From a virus, in the IMG/VR virus record IMGVR_UViG_3300031224_000002: 36,337 bases of DNA. One strand, 5' to 3'. Position numbers and translations under genes: made by a program. Every line of letters begins with the position of its first letter. Position 1 is the first letter of the stretch. The notes below the pieces were generated by a model. It was not told the origin of the DNA. It did no database searches and saw nothing but the letters and a program-made list of their open reading frames with translations. Positions 17,580 to 24,984 of this stretch are shown here, piece after piece.

Positions 17580-18169
17580 TATGGCTTGGAGGGATACCAG
17601 CAAAACTTAACGTTGTCGGTAATTTTAATGTCAAGCGCCTTCGCGAAACTTGCGCGGCTTTCAGGGTTTGTAAAATGAACTATGATGGTTCCATAACCTT
17701 CCGGAGATCCATCATAGTCGGGCATTTTAGAATTACTCCACTCTTTACTAAGATCAGCCTCTTCGGTCGCAAGGATCGCATCAATCCTCGCTTGGTCAAA
17801 ACCGAGCAAGCTAATGTCAAAATCTTCCGCCTCCAGTTTGGCAATCTCAGCAGCCAGCATTTCCTCGTCCCACTCGATGCCGTAGTCTGCCAGCTTGTTG
17901 TCAGCGATCACGTAAGCGGCCTTCTCGGTTTCGCTGAGTCCGTCGATCACGATGCAAGGGATTTCCTTGAGACCCATTTGCACGGCAGCAACTGAGCGGC
18001 CATGCCCAGCAAGTATCATCCCCGCTTCGTCGATCAGCACTGGGGCGGTAAAACCGAAGCGTTTGATGCTCGCAACAATCTTGTCGATCTGGTCTGCGCT
18101 GTGCTTTTTGGCGTTTCCCGCGTATGGTATCAACGTATCTGTTTTGATTGATATTATTTTATGTTGCAT
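17579..18169 (-). CDS. ParB-like N-terminal (nuclease/NTP-binding) domain protein
   Basis: A 196-aa ORF with a ParB/Srx-type core: LIPYAGNAKKH...RFGFTAPVLIDEAGMILAGHGRSVAA. Its stop overlaps the next ATG (TAATG). Confidence 0.8.
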   Translation of the reverse strand: MQHKIISIKTDTLIPYAGNAKKHSADQIDKIVASIKRFGFTAPVLIDEAGMILAGHGRSVAAVQMGLKEIPCIVIDGLSETEKAAYVIADNKLADYGIEWDEEMLAAEIAKLEAEDFDISLLGFDQARIDAILATEEADLSKEWSNSKMPDYDGSPEGYGTIIVHFTNPESRASFAKALDIKITDNVKFCWYPSKP

Positions 18170-18228
18170 AGTTTTGTTGATTTTGATTTGCGTATAAAAA
18201 TACGACTAGGCGCTAAACCCAAGATCGT

Positions 18229-18468
18229 CTATGGTGAAAAAGATTCCTTGCCAGCCCCCCTCGCCCTCGCCAGCCCCCCCCCTCGCCAGCCCCCCCTCGC
18301 CAGCCCCCCCCTCGCCAGAGAATCCACCGCCTCGACCATCACAGCGGTTTTGCTGATGCCGTTGGCCGTCGCCAGTCCGTCAAGTTGTTTGATTGTCTCG
18401 TGCGGTAGCCGGAGCGATATCATGCGCCGCTTCTCGGTGATTCGTTTCTGTGATGCTTTTGTTTCCAT
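18229..18468 (-). CDS. Ribbon-helix-helix (CopG/Arc-like) DNA-binding protein with a repeat-encoded tail
   Basis: Taken from the ATG at 18468: METKASQKRITEKRRMISLRLPHETIKQLDGLATANGISKTAVMVEAVDSL, which reads as strand, helix, helix. This is followed by LARGGLARGGWRGGGLARARGAG encoded by the G-tract array. The track start at 18555 is a TTG that spans the operators. Confidence 0.7.
   Translation of the reverse strand: METKASQKRITEKRRMISLRLPHETIKQLDGLATANGISKTAVMVEAVDSLARGGLARGGWRGGGLARARGAGKESFSP
18251..18318 (-). repeat. Tandem CTGGCGA-Gn array (G8, G7, G9, G3, G6 on the minus strand)
   Basis: Counted on the plus strand: ccag-C6-tcgccc-tcgccag-C9-tcgccag-C7-tcgccag-C8-tcgccag. The unit lengths are 16, 14 and 15 nt. 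Confidence 0.95.
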
Positions 18469-18476
18469 GTCGTTGA

Positions 18477-18544
18477 TCAATACGTTGAGTGTGAGATTGT
18501 CAATACTCTGTATTAATACGTTGAGCGTTGAGTCAATACGTTGA
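18477..18544 (-). promoter_or_regulatory. Operator/promoter cluster of the RHH gene
   Basis: On the minus strand there are three boxes: TCAACGTATTGA (18544-18533), TCAACGTATTAA (18524-18513) and TCAACGTATTGA (18488-18477). GTATTGACA sits between them, with TTGACA at 18503-18498. The ATG at 18468 lies only about 9 nt from the last box. Confidence 0.6.
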
Positions 18545-18577
18545 CATGAGATCAAGTCTCATAAATACGTTTTTTCA

Positions 18578-18712
18578 TTTATACAGCTTCAAAAAATGAT
18601 CTATACACCCTCTACATCTATTATATTTATACAGCTTATACATCTTCCTATAGATAAGAGACTTATAGAACTACTAAAAAGGAAGCTGTATAAGCTGTAT
18701 AGTTGTAGAGGG
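18578..18712. other. AT-rich iteron/inverted-repeat region (replication origin candidate)
   Basis: The 10-mer TATACAGCTT occurs at 18580-18589 and 18628-18637, and inverted as AAGCTGTATA at 18683-18692 and 18692-18701. A 20-bp inverted repeat (18629-18648 and 18681-18700, 1 mismatch, 32-nt spacer) is flanked by CCCTCTACA (18608-18616) and TGTAGAGGG (18704-18712). Confidence 0.45.
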
Positions 18713-18735
18713 AGGGTTCCGCTTCATCTCAATGA

Positions 18736-20847
18736 CTAAATAAATTCGACCAGATTGCCTACTTTTCGCTCGAATTTGTGATAGTTCCAACCGCTCGTTT
18801 GCCCCTTCGATTTGCCCCACAATTTGCCAGAGTAGCGATCAAGCACCTTCTCCCGTTCAGCGACCGACCCGGTGATTCGATCAAGATTGTTGCGAGCTAA
18901 TGCGCTGTGCGACTTCGCGCCGTCGTCCAATTCGCCGAGAATGTAGTCAATGATCGCCGTGTCCTCAATACGTTGAGCAGCTTCCAATGCCTCGATTTCT
19001 TCGCGTTCAGCAGTCTCGGCGTCAATACGCTTTACCGATTGAAAACGTCGATGCCAGCTCTTTTTCTCGCTCGCATCATATTGAAAGACCGCCTTCATCG
19101 CGTTCGGCCCTCGCAGCTTCGTATTTTCAAAAGCGATTTTGCGGTCGCCAGACTCGCCAGTGATCTCGACTGCTCGCTCGATAGTATAGGCGCAGTCGAA
19201 GTCGCTTTGGAAGTCGCCGACGCCCTCAGCGATAGATTTGCCGTCTGCTGATTTGTTTTTGTTAGTATGAGCGAGCGCAATCAAGGTGCCGCCAGCCTGA
19301 GTGAAGGTGCGCACCATGATGTTAAAGATTCGCGCATCATTCTTATCCATCGTGCTTACAAATTTCTTTAACGTGTCGAGTATGATGACCATCTTGCCGC
19401 AGGCGTCGGCTTTGATCGCCGCCTTTATGATTTTCGAGAGATCGTTCGAGTCGAATCCGTTCTGGTTCGGAATGAGCGTCGTAATGCCCTCGCCGCGTAG
19501 AATCTCCATTTTTTCGATGCCGCCATTAAACGAGTCATCGGCGTTAATGTAGTAGATGCGCAGGTGCTTTGTTTTCGCGCGGTCGCGCTTCGAGAGCAGC
19601 CAGAGCGTGAGCAGAGTTTTTCCCGTGTTCGGCCCGGCGTTCAGTATCGTGCAATCTCCGATCATCGCGATTTCGGGCAGTATGAATACGGCGTCCTGCG
19701 CTCGCCGCTTCATCGCGTTGATATTTGCGTCAGTCGAGGCAGCGAGCTTGTCGAGCGCGTTGAGAAAGTCGTCGTCTGGCGCGTCCGCGATCTCAGCAAT
19801 CGACGCCTTGGCGTCCTGAATCTCGTCGTCAATTGCTTGCCATGAGTTTGCTTCTTTCTCGATCTCGCGCTTGACGAGCGCCTCAATCGAGCGAGCCACT
19901 TCTGGCGAGACGTCTTGCACGCTCGACTCGCCGAAGCCGTCCTCAGCGAGTCTCGTAGCAGCAAGCGCGTAATCGCCGCTATGATAGAGCGTCGCAAACA
20001 GTGCAAACGGGTTGTATGACTTATTCGCTTCGAGTGGCGCGGCCGACGATGACCAACACCAAAACTGCTTGTCTGCCGTGACGCCGAGCGTGCCACTGAC
20101 GCCCGATTCTTTGCCCGGTCGTGTCCAGTGCGAGCCGTTGCGAGTCGTCCAGCCCGCAGAGCGTAGCATCTCAGCCGGATCGGTCTTCACGTTGAAGTCA
20201 TCGCCCGGCGTCAAGCCCTCGTTGGCAGTCGTTGAAGACTTCGGCGACCAGAACGGCAGCGCAGACGGCGCTTCTTTGGTGACTGTCGCAATCGTCGCAG
20301 ACTTCGGATTGTAGTGCGCTTCAGTGTCGTGTGACAAAAAGCACAAGCGCGAGACATCCGAGCAAGCGGCATCAGTCTTAAGACCGAGGTGCGCGAAGTA
20401 ATCGCGCACTGTTGAGAACGCCGCTTTGTGCGTCGCTGCGCAAGTTGCGTCGATCTTGACGCCGATTTTAAGCCCGCCCGACGGCGAGACGAATAAGAAG
20501 TGCGTGTGTTTGTCTGCTCGTAGAATCTCGACAATCTGCGTGAGTTGGCAACTGTTCTCAAACTGCGGATTGTCTTCGAGGTCGAGATCAGCGACCAAGA
20601 TGCCGCTATGCTCGACAAGCGCCGACGCTGATCGCTTTGAGAATACGCCAGACGCCGTGACAGCGGGCAGGCGAGCTTTCAATTCGCTTCGAGTGTCTTT
20701 GTCTGGCGCAGCACGTATCGCGTCGCATTCGTCTTTCAGGCGGTCGCTTTTGATATATTCGATAAGCAATCGAGCGTCGAAATCGCTTGTCGGCGTCGTG
20801 TCTTTGACTGTTTTGAATGTGGAGAATTTTTTCATAGTTTCTTGCAT
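18736..20847 (-). CDS. DNA primase/helicase-like replication protein
   Basis: A 703-aa ORF. The N-terminal region (..ILVADLDLED..THFLFVSPSGGLKIGVKI..) resembles VirE/BT4734-type primase-like N-domains. The C-terminal P-loop ATPase has Walker A GPNTGKT and Walker B MVIILDT. Confidence 0.65.
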   Translation of the reverse strand: MQETMKKFSTFKTVKDTTPTSDFDARLLIEYIKSDRLKDECDAIRAAPDKDTRSELKARLPAVTASGVFSKRSASALVEHSGILVADLDLEDNPQFENSCQLTQIVEILRADKHTHFLFVSPSGGLKIGVKIDATCAATHKAAFSTVRDYFAHLGLKTDAACSDVSRLCFLSHDTEAHYNPKSATIATVTKEAPSALPFWSPKSSTTANEGLTPGDDFNVKTDPAEMLRSAGWTTRNGSHWTRPGKESGVSGTLGVTADKQFWCWSSSAAPLEANKSYNPFALFATLYHSGDYALAATRLAEDGFGESSVQDVSPEVARSIEALVKREIEKEANSWQAIDDEIQDAKASIAEIADAPDDDFLNALDKLAASTDANINAMKRRAQDAVFILPEIAMIGDCTILNAGPNTGKTLLTLWLLSKRDRAKTKHLRIYYINADDSFNGGIEKMEILRGEGITTLIPNQNGFDSNDLSKIIKAAIKADACGKMVIILDTLKKFVSTMDKNDARIFNIMVRTFTQAGGTLIALAHTNKNKSADGKSIAEGVGDFQSDFDCAYTIERAVEITGESGDRKIAFENTKLRGPNAMKAVFQYDASEKKSWHRRFQSVKRIDAETAEREEIEALEAAQRIEDTAIIDYILGELDDGAKSHSALARNNLDRITGSVAEREKVLDRYSGKLWGKSKGQTSGWNYHKFERKVGNLVEFI

Positions 20848-21189
20848 TTAGTCTTTTACCTCAAAGTGAATCTCCAGTCTCGGCCGCTCACGATCAATCT
20901 CGAATCGAACGCCATCAAAGCCCCACTCGCTGTCGTCTTGCTGACAGCAATCAGCGACGCCGTCGAGATACGCCTTGCAGCTTGCCGAGGCGTTGTCGCG
21001 GTCATGTCTCCGCGTGTCTTTCCACAAGAAGACGAGCCGATAGCTTGCGAACTTCTGAATGCCGACCTGCCTGAACGTCTCGCGCTTCGCCATAGCCCGC
21101 GCGAGCTTCTTAGCCTTTGCGAGCTTGGCCCAATGCACGCGAGCGTTCGGTGACAGCGTTCGGTCTGGTAGCGGGAGGGTTATGGTCAT
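20848..21189 (-). CDS. rusA: RusA-like Holliday junction resolvase
   Basis: A 113-aa ORF with LPLPDRTLSPNARVHW at the N-terminus and RRHDRDNASASCKAYLDGVAD acidic motifs, typical of RusA. Confidence 0.75.
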   Translation of the reverse strand: MTITLPLPDRTLSPNARVHWAKLAKAKKLARAMAKRETFRQVGIQKFASYRLVFLWKDTRRHDRDNASASCKAYLDGVADCCQQDDSEWGFDGVRFEIDRERPRLEIHFEVKD

Positions 21190-21887
21190 AGTTCTTCGTT
21201 CCCCCTCGCTCGCTTCGCATCTGTGGCGTTCGCCTCAAGGCTCAAAGTCGTCTGGCTAGTCTCACGTTCCACTCTTTCGCATCCAGCTTTGAAGTAGTCC
21301 TTGTCTAACTCTGAGCCTGTGAGGTGTATTCCAGCGTAATGTGCTGAGATTGCGCTACTCATTGAGCCTAGATGCGTATCTAAGACCTTCATGCCCTTCT
21401 CTGCGTAGTTGGCGAAAATCCAGTCGTATAGCTTTACGGGCTTCTGAGTTGGGTGGATTTTTTTATCATAACCCGCACTAAAATGGTGCATGCTAAAACG
21501 TCTAGCTGGCTTATCAAAGCTAGACCATGCTAATTCAAAATCTGACATGTCGTTAGTCCCATTCATTTTATCCCAGCTTAATAGGCTTTTAGTGTTACTT
21601 AAAAAATCAAAAAAATAGTTAGCACCCCATATTATTTGATGATTGCTAACCCTGAAAAGTTCTTTAAAATAAATTTCGTTTGGGGTTTCTCTATCCCAGT
21701 TCTTGTGTTTGTCTTTGGTTAGGCTACCAAATCCACTTTGCTTATTTATATTTATCCCATAAGGCGGATCAACCACGCAAATATCGTAGTAGTTATCAGG
21801 GGTTTGTTTGAGTAGCTCCATGCAATCGCAGTTATATAGCGCGAGTGAATCCGTCTTGTGTGGTGTTCCTAGGTTTTTATAGTTCAT
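21186..21887 (-). CDS. DNA methyltransferase (N6A/N4C, beta-class), paralog 2
   Basis: A 233-aa ORF. It has DPPYGI (motif IV) near the N-terminus, and HPTQKPVKLY...VLDTHLGSMSSAISA (AdoMet motif I) near the C-terminus. The 5' half is conspicuously AT-rich. Confidence 0.9.
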   Translation of the reverse strand: MNYKNLGTPHKTDSLALYNCDCMELLKQTPDNYYDICVVDPPYGININKQSGFGSLTKDKHKNWDRETPNEIYFKELFRVSNHQIIWGANYFFDFLSNTKSLLSWDKMNGTNDMSDFELAWSSFDKPARRFSMHHFSAGYDKKIHPTQKPVKLYDWIFANYAEKGMKVLDTHLGSMSSAISAHYAGIHLTGSELDKDYFKAGCERVERETSQTTLSLEANATDAKRARGNEEL

Positions 21888-21910
21888 TTAAGCATCTTTC
21901 TAATGTGAAT

Positions 21911-22666
21911 TCATGATTTTCGCTGGTCGGTATCTATGCTAAGGACGTTCGCCTCAAGATTCAAAGTCGTTTGGCTAGTCTCACGTTCTATCCGTTTACA
22001 AGCCGCTAGGAAGTAGTCCTCATCGAGTTCGCAAGCTGTCAGGTGCATCCCCGCGTAATGAGCCGCTATCGCTATGCTTCCGCTTCCCATGTGGGTGTCT
22101 AATACCTTCATCCCATTCTCGGCGTAGTTTTCGAAGATCCAGTCGTATAATTTGACGGGCTTTTGGGTGGGGTGGATGCGTGATTCTTTATTTTTCATAT
22201 CACCCTGCCTCATACCCATCCATGCGAAAGTGAACATCCTCAAAGCTCTGTTGAATGAAGTGTAGGCAAGCTCACCATCTGAGAAATCTCCAGACGCTTC
22301 TTTATTCCAGAATATCCACCCCATACTACTTTGGAAGTGTTGAGGGTAATAGTTCGCGCCCCAAACAATTTGATTTTTTGATACTCGCTGCAGCTCTTTG
22401 AAATATTCACTAGTCGGCGCTGACCCGTCCCAGTCTTTAACTGTATAATCTCCAGCCATTGCGCAAGTCCCCATCCCTCTGCTTTTCTTGCCTTCACCTA
22501 TCCCATAAGGCGGATCAACAACCGCAAGGTCAAAGTGATTGTCTGGATAACTTGCCATCAACTCCATGCAATCCATCCTCTTTAAATCCAAGAAAGGAGA
22601 ACAAGGCGATGATGCCAAGCCCGTTGGGGCTGGTGGCGGAATCGGGGCTGTAGGGCGGGCTGGCAT
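21911..22666 (-). CDS. DNA methyltransferase (N6A/N4C, beta-class), paralog 1
   Basis: A 251-aa ORF with DPPYGI, HPTQKPVKLYDWIFENYAENGMKVLDTHMGSGSIAIAA and a Pro-rich N-terminal extension. Confidence 0.9.
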   Translation of the reverse strand: MPARPTAPIPPPAPTGLASSPCSPFLDLKRMDCMELMASYPDNHFDLAVVDPPYGIGEGKKSRGMGTCAMAGDYTVKDWDGSAPTSEYFKELQRVSKNQIVWGANYYPQHFQSSMGWIFWNKEASGDFSDGELAYTSFNRALRMFTFAWMGMRQGDMKNKESRIHPTQKPVKLYDWIFENYAENGMKVLDTHMGSGSIAIAAHYAGMHLTACELDEDYFLAACKRIERETSQTTLNLEANVLSIDTDQRKS

Positions 22667-22668
22667 AT

Positions 22669-23214
22669 CTAGGCGTTCGACAAAGAAATTACCGCAGCCA
22701 CGATTTCGCGCGGGGAGACGCCATCGCCTAGCAGCCCGACTGCATCTCGGATTTCTTGCAAGGCCCGGATCAATGCCAATTTCTCAGCCTTGTCCATCGT
22801 CTCGCACATCTTCTCTCGCTCAAGCAGCCGCTGATTCTCGCGCTCAAATTTACACCCCTCAAGGTAGGTTGACTGCATAGACGTTTGAACCGCTGAGTCC
22901 ATTATTGGAGTTTCTGTGATTTTCATAAAATTATCGAACCATTCAGTGCTACGAATGTATCGAAAAGCTGTTTCGTGCCGTGTTTCATTCGGCCATTTTT
23001 GAGATACGGCATAAATCAAATCATAGTATTTTGCCTCCAATTGTTCAATTTCGTCTGCGGCTTTTACCATGAGTTCATCGGTCGCGATTTCGTCCACAGT
23101 GGACATTTCTCCGCAGTCGCCAGACCAACGTCGCGGAGTTTGAATTGCGCCCTCGCGTAGTCGCTCAACTAGAGTCGATTTTACATTGTCGGCGTTCCGC
23201 TCGCCATTATCCAT
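22669..23214 (-). CDS. Hypothetical protein (181 aa)
   Basis: A long ORF with ATG at 23214. Its stop lies 2 nt before the methyltransferase start. I recognise no motif. Confidence 0.6.
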   Translation of the reverse strand: MDNGERNADNVKSTLVERLREGAIQTPRRWSGDCGEMSTVDEIATDELMVKAADEIEQLEAKYYDLIYAVSQKWPNETRHETAFRYIRSTEWFDNFMKITETPIMDSAVQTSMQSTYLEGCKFERENQRLLEREKMCETMDKAEKLALIRALQEIRDAVGLLGDGVSPREIVAAVISLSNA

Positions 23215-23221
23215 CTAGATG

Positions 23222-23395
23222 TTATCCATTCCAGTAGTTTCTAGCGCAGAACCATCCAGTCCCCTTGCCCCAATAGCTGACTGATAAGCATGTGAAGTCT
23301 ATCTGGAATCTTAGGCCATTCAGTGTTGGCGAATGAATTTGAAATCCGATCCCGAATGATCGAACTAGTTTGAATGTTATTTTTGCGTTTCTCAT
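23222..23395 (-). CDS. Possible small ORF (57 aa)
   Basis: Manual translation: MRNAKITFKLVRSFGIGFQIHSPTLNGLRFQIDFTCLSVSYWGKGTGWFCARNYWNG*. It would fill most of an otherwise 265-bp gap. There is no supporting motif. Confidence 0.25.
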   Translation of the reverse strand: MRNAKITFKLVRSFGIGFQIHSPTLNGLRFQIDFTCLSVSYWGKGTGWFCARNYWNG

Positions 23396-23480
23396 ATTTT
23401 TACTTTGTCGTTGTGTCGAACCATACGGATCTGCTCAACTCGGCAGACCTCGCGGCAGTCCTATTTGTTCATCCAAGAAT

Positions 23481-23852
23481 TCATGGCAGCAGTTGTTTGA
23501 GTGCCCAATACTCAGGGTTCATCGTGGCCGTTATCACATGCGAGATTGTGCAGCACACCATGATGAGCGTGATTATGGCGTAAATTGCGAGTATTGCCCA
23601 CGCGATGGATTCACCTTCACTATCCCATTCCGCACGCGGGTATCTGTCTTCCTCGGTTTTCGGCGGTTCCGTCGTTTTCGATTTGATCAGCTTGTAGCCT
23701 GCCCAAAGCACCGCCAACATTATCAGCATGATCAGTGTGTCTGTCGCTGCCGTGATCGGAGCCTGCTTTAAGAGGACTGCCCATAGGTGTTCGGTTGTGG
23801 TTCCAAGTTTCTCCGCAAGTTCGCGGACTAGTTTTTCAGTCGTTTCGTTCAT
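23481..23852 (-). CDS. Two-pass membrane protein (unknown)
   Basis: A 123-aa ORF with two hydrophobic segments: DTLIMLIMLAVLWAGYKLI and IAWAILAIYAIITLIMVCCTI. Confidence 0.6.
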   Translation of the reverse strand: MNETTEKLVRELAEKLGTTTEHLWAVLLKQAPITAATDTLIMLIMLAVLWAGYKLIKSKTTEPPKTEEDRYPRAEWDSEGESIAWAILAIYAIITLIMVCCTISHVITATMNPEYWALKQLLP

Positions 23853-23894
23853 ATTTTTTTTCGTTTATTTGTTGGTGCTGAGAGAGTTAGTATT

Positions 23895-24188
23895 TTAGCC
23901 ATTGGCTCGGTGTCTCCTCTCCACGTTCTGTAAAGGTGTTTTCCATGCGCGGTCGAATTCGAGCATTGCTTTCGCTGGCGAGTCGCCAAATCCCACCACA
24001 CAATCTTGCAGGTTCTCACCGTAAAAGGCACACCACTGATTTCCGTCGAAGCTCAGTTTCGGCTTCCATAGGTAGGATGGCCGCTCACGCTCTCCTATTA
24101 CCATCCGTTCCGCCTGTTGGTTAATCGCTATCGCATGGCAAGCTGCCTCCACGACCATCATTTGTTTGTCATCATCTAAATTGCTCAT
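23895..24188 (-). CDS. Hypothetical protein (97 aa)
   Basis: The ORF has its ATG at 24188 and overlaps the upstream gene by 4 nt. Confidence 0.6.
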   Translation of the reverse strand: MSNLDDDKQMMVVEAACHAIAINQQAERMVIGERERPSYLWKPKLSFDGNQWCAFYGENLQDCVVGFGDSPAKAMLEFDRAWKTPLQNVERRHRANG

Positions 24189-24394
24189 ATTTGTTGTCGT
24201 TTGGGGTTCCGCGAAAGCTGCACTAAAACTTTTTCAATGCGCTCAAGCTCTTCATCCGACAGCGTTTTTACCGCCCCAAACTTCCAGTTTCTAAATCGCA
24301 TGTAATCGACCTCTGCCTCTAGGCAGACGCCCTTTGCGTTTAGGAGGGGCAGCCTTTCGGCTAGCCCCTCAGATGTTAGTTTAATCCGTGACAT
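24185..24394 (-). CDS. Hypothetical protein (69 aa)
   Basis: The ORF has its ATG at 24394. Its first 20 codons have a degraded paralogous copy at 24982-25043. Confidence 0.6.
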   Translation of the reverse strand: MSRIKLTSEGLAERLPLLNAKGVCLEAEVDYMRFRNWKFGAVKTLSDEELERIEKVLVQLSRNPKRQQI

Positions 24395-24635
24395 AAAATA
24401 CGGTTTCTTCGGTTTTATAACCCCTCAATTTCAAATCGAAACGTAACTCTGTGTCAGGCTTCTTTGCTCCCCGGCTGTCGAGCATATGGAGTTTCATCTC
24501 CCCCTTAAATCCATCCTGTTCGCGTCGCTCTCGAGCCGCAATAACTGCGCCCTCTAGTGTATCCGCCTCAACCTTAAAGGCTTTACTGTTGTCGCCTTTA
24601 TCGACGTTATTTAAAATATCTACTGCAAATTTCAT
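24381..24635 (-). CDS. Hypothetical protein (84 aa)
   Basis: The ATG at 24635 is preceded by a strong Shine-Dalgarno sequence (AAAGGAGGAATTTAATTATG). Confidence 0.65.
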   Translation of the reverse strand: MKFAVDILNNVDKGDNSKAFKVEADTLEGAVIAARERREQDGFKGEMKLHMLDSRGAKKPDTELRFDLKLRGYKTEETVFYVTD

Positions 24636-24655
24636 AATTAAATTCCTCCTTTATG

Positions 24656-24931
24656 TTATTTCGCACTTTCAAGAAGATCCTCGATTTCGGATTCATTGAG
24701 CATATTTAGCCCGCCGCTTGAAGCGTTAGCGTGATAGTATTCATCAGATATATAGCATTCTGGGTCGCTCAAGTCCCATCCGGTCATATTACCACCATCC
24801 AAGATAGATTGTAGTGTTTCGGCGTCGGCATAGCTCTTATCTCCAAAATTGGCAACCGCCTTTGTTTGGGTGTTCTGGATTGTCAGTCCGCCAGCATTGT
24901 CTGCAATTACTTCGATATTTTTGTGGATCAT
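24656..24931 (-). CDS. Hypothetical acidic protein (91 aa)
   Basis: I placed the start at MIHKNIEV (ATG at 24931) because the 62-bp leader repeat ends in ATGATCCAC in both copies. The longer track ORF would read through the repeat. Confidence 0.6.
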   Translation of the reverse strand: MIHKNIEVIADNAGGLTIQNTQTKAVANFGDKSYADAETLQSILDGGNMTGWDLSDPECYISDEYYHANASSGGLNMLNESEIEDLLESAK

Positions 24932-24984
24932 TTTTATATTTCTCTTTTTCGTTTTTTTGTCGTTGGGTTTGTCCCTCTGATCTA
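24923..24984 (-). repeat. 62-bp leader repeat, copy 1
   Basis: It matches 25360-25421 with 4 mismatches. Minus-sense sequence: TAGATCAGAGGGACAA.CCCAACGACAA..AA.AACGAAAA.GAGAAATATAAAAATGATCCAC. Confidence 0.9.

Noticed and set aside
18251-18318. The possibility that the CTGGCGA-Gn tandem repeats are a CRISPR array or a satellite.
   Set aside because: The units are 14-16 nt with no unique spacers and lie inside a reading frame. The array is reported as a G-tract repeat instead.
23370-23771. A plus-strand 133-aa ORF (and the nested ORF at 23374-23583), which could have been a divergently transcribed repressor.
   Set aside because: It is mostly antisense to the two-pass membrane protein gene. 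Its translation is Cys/Arg/His-rich with no HTH, and no lysogeny partner (integrase or excisionase) exists in the genome.
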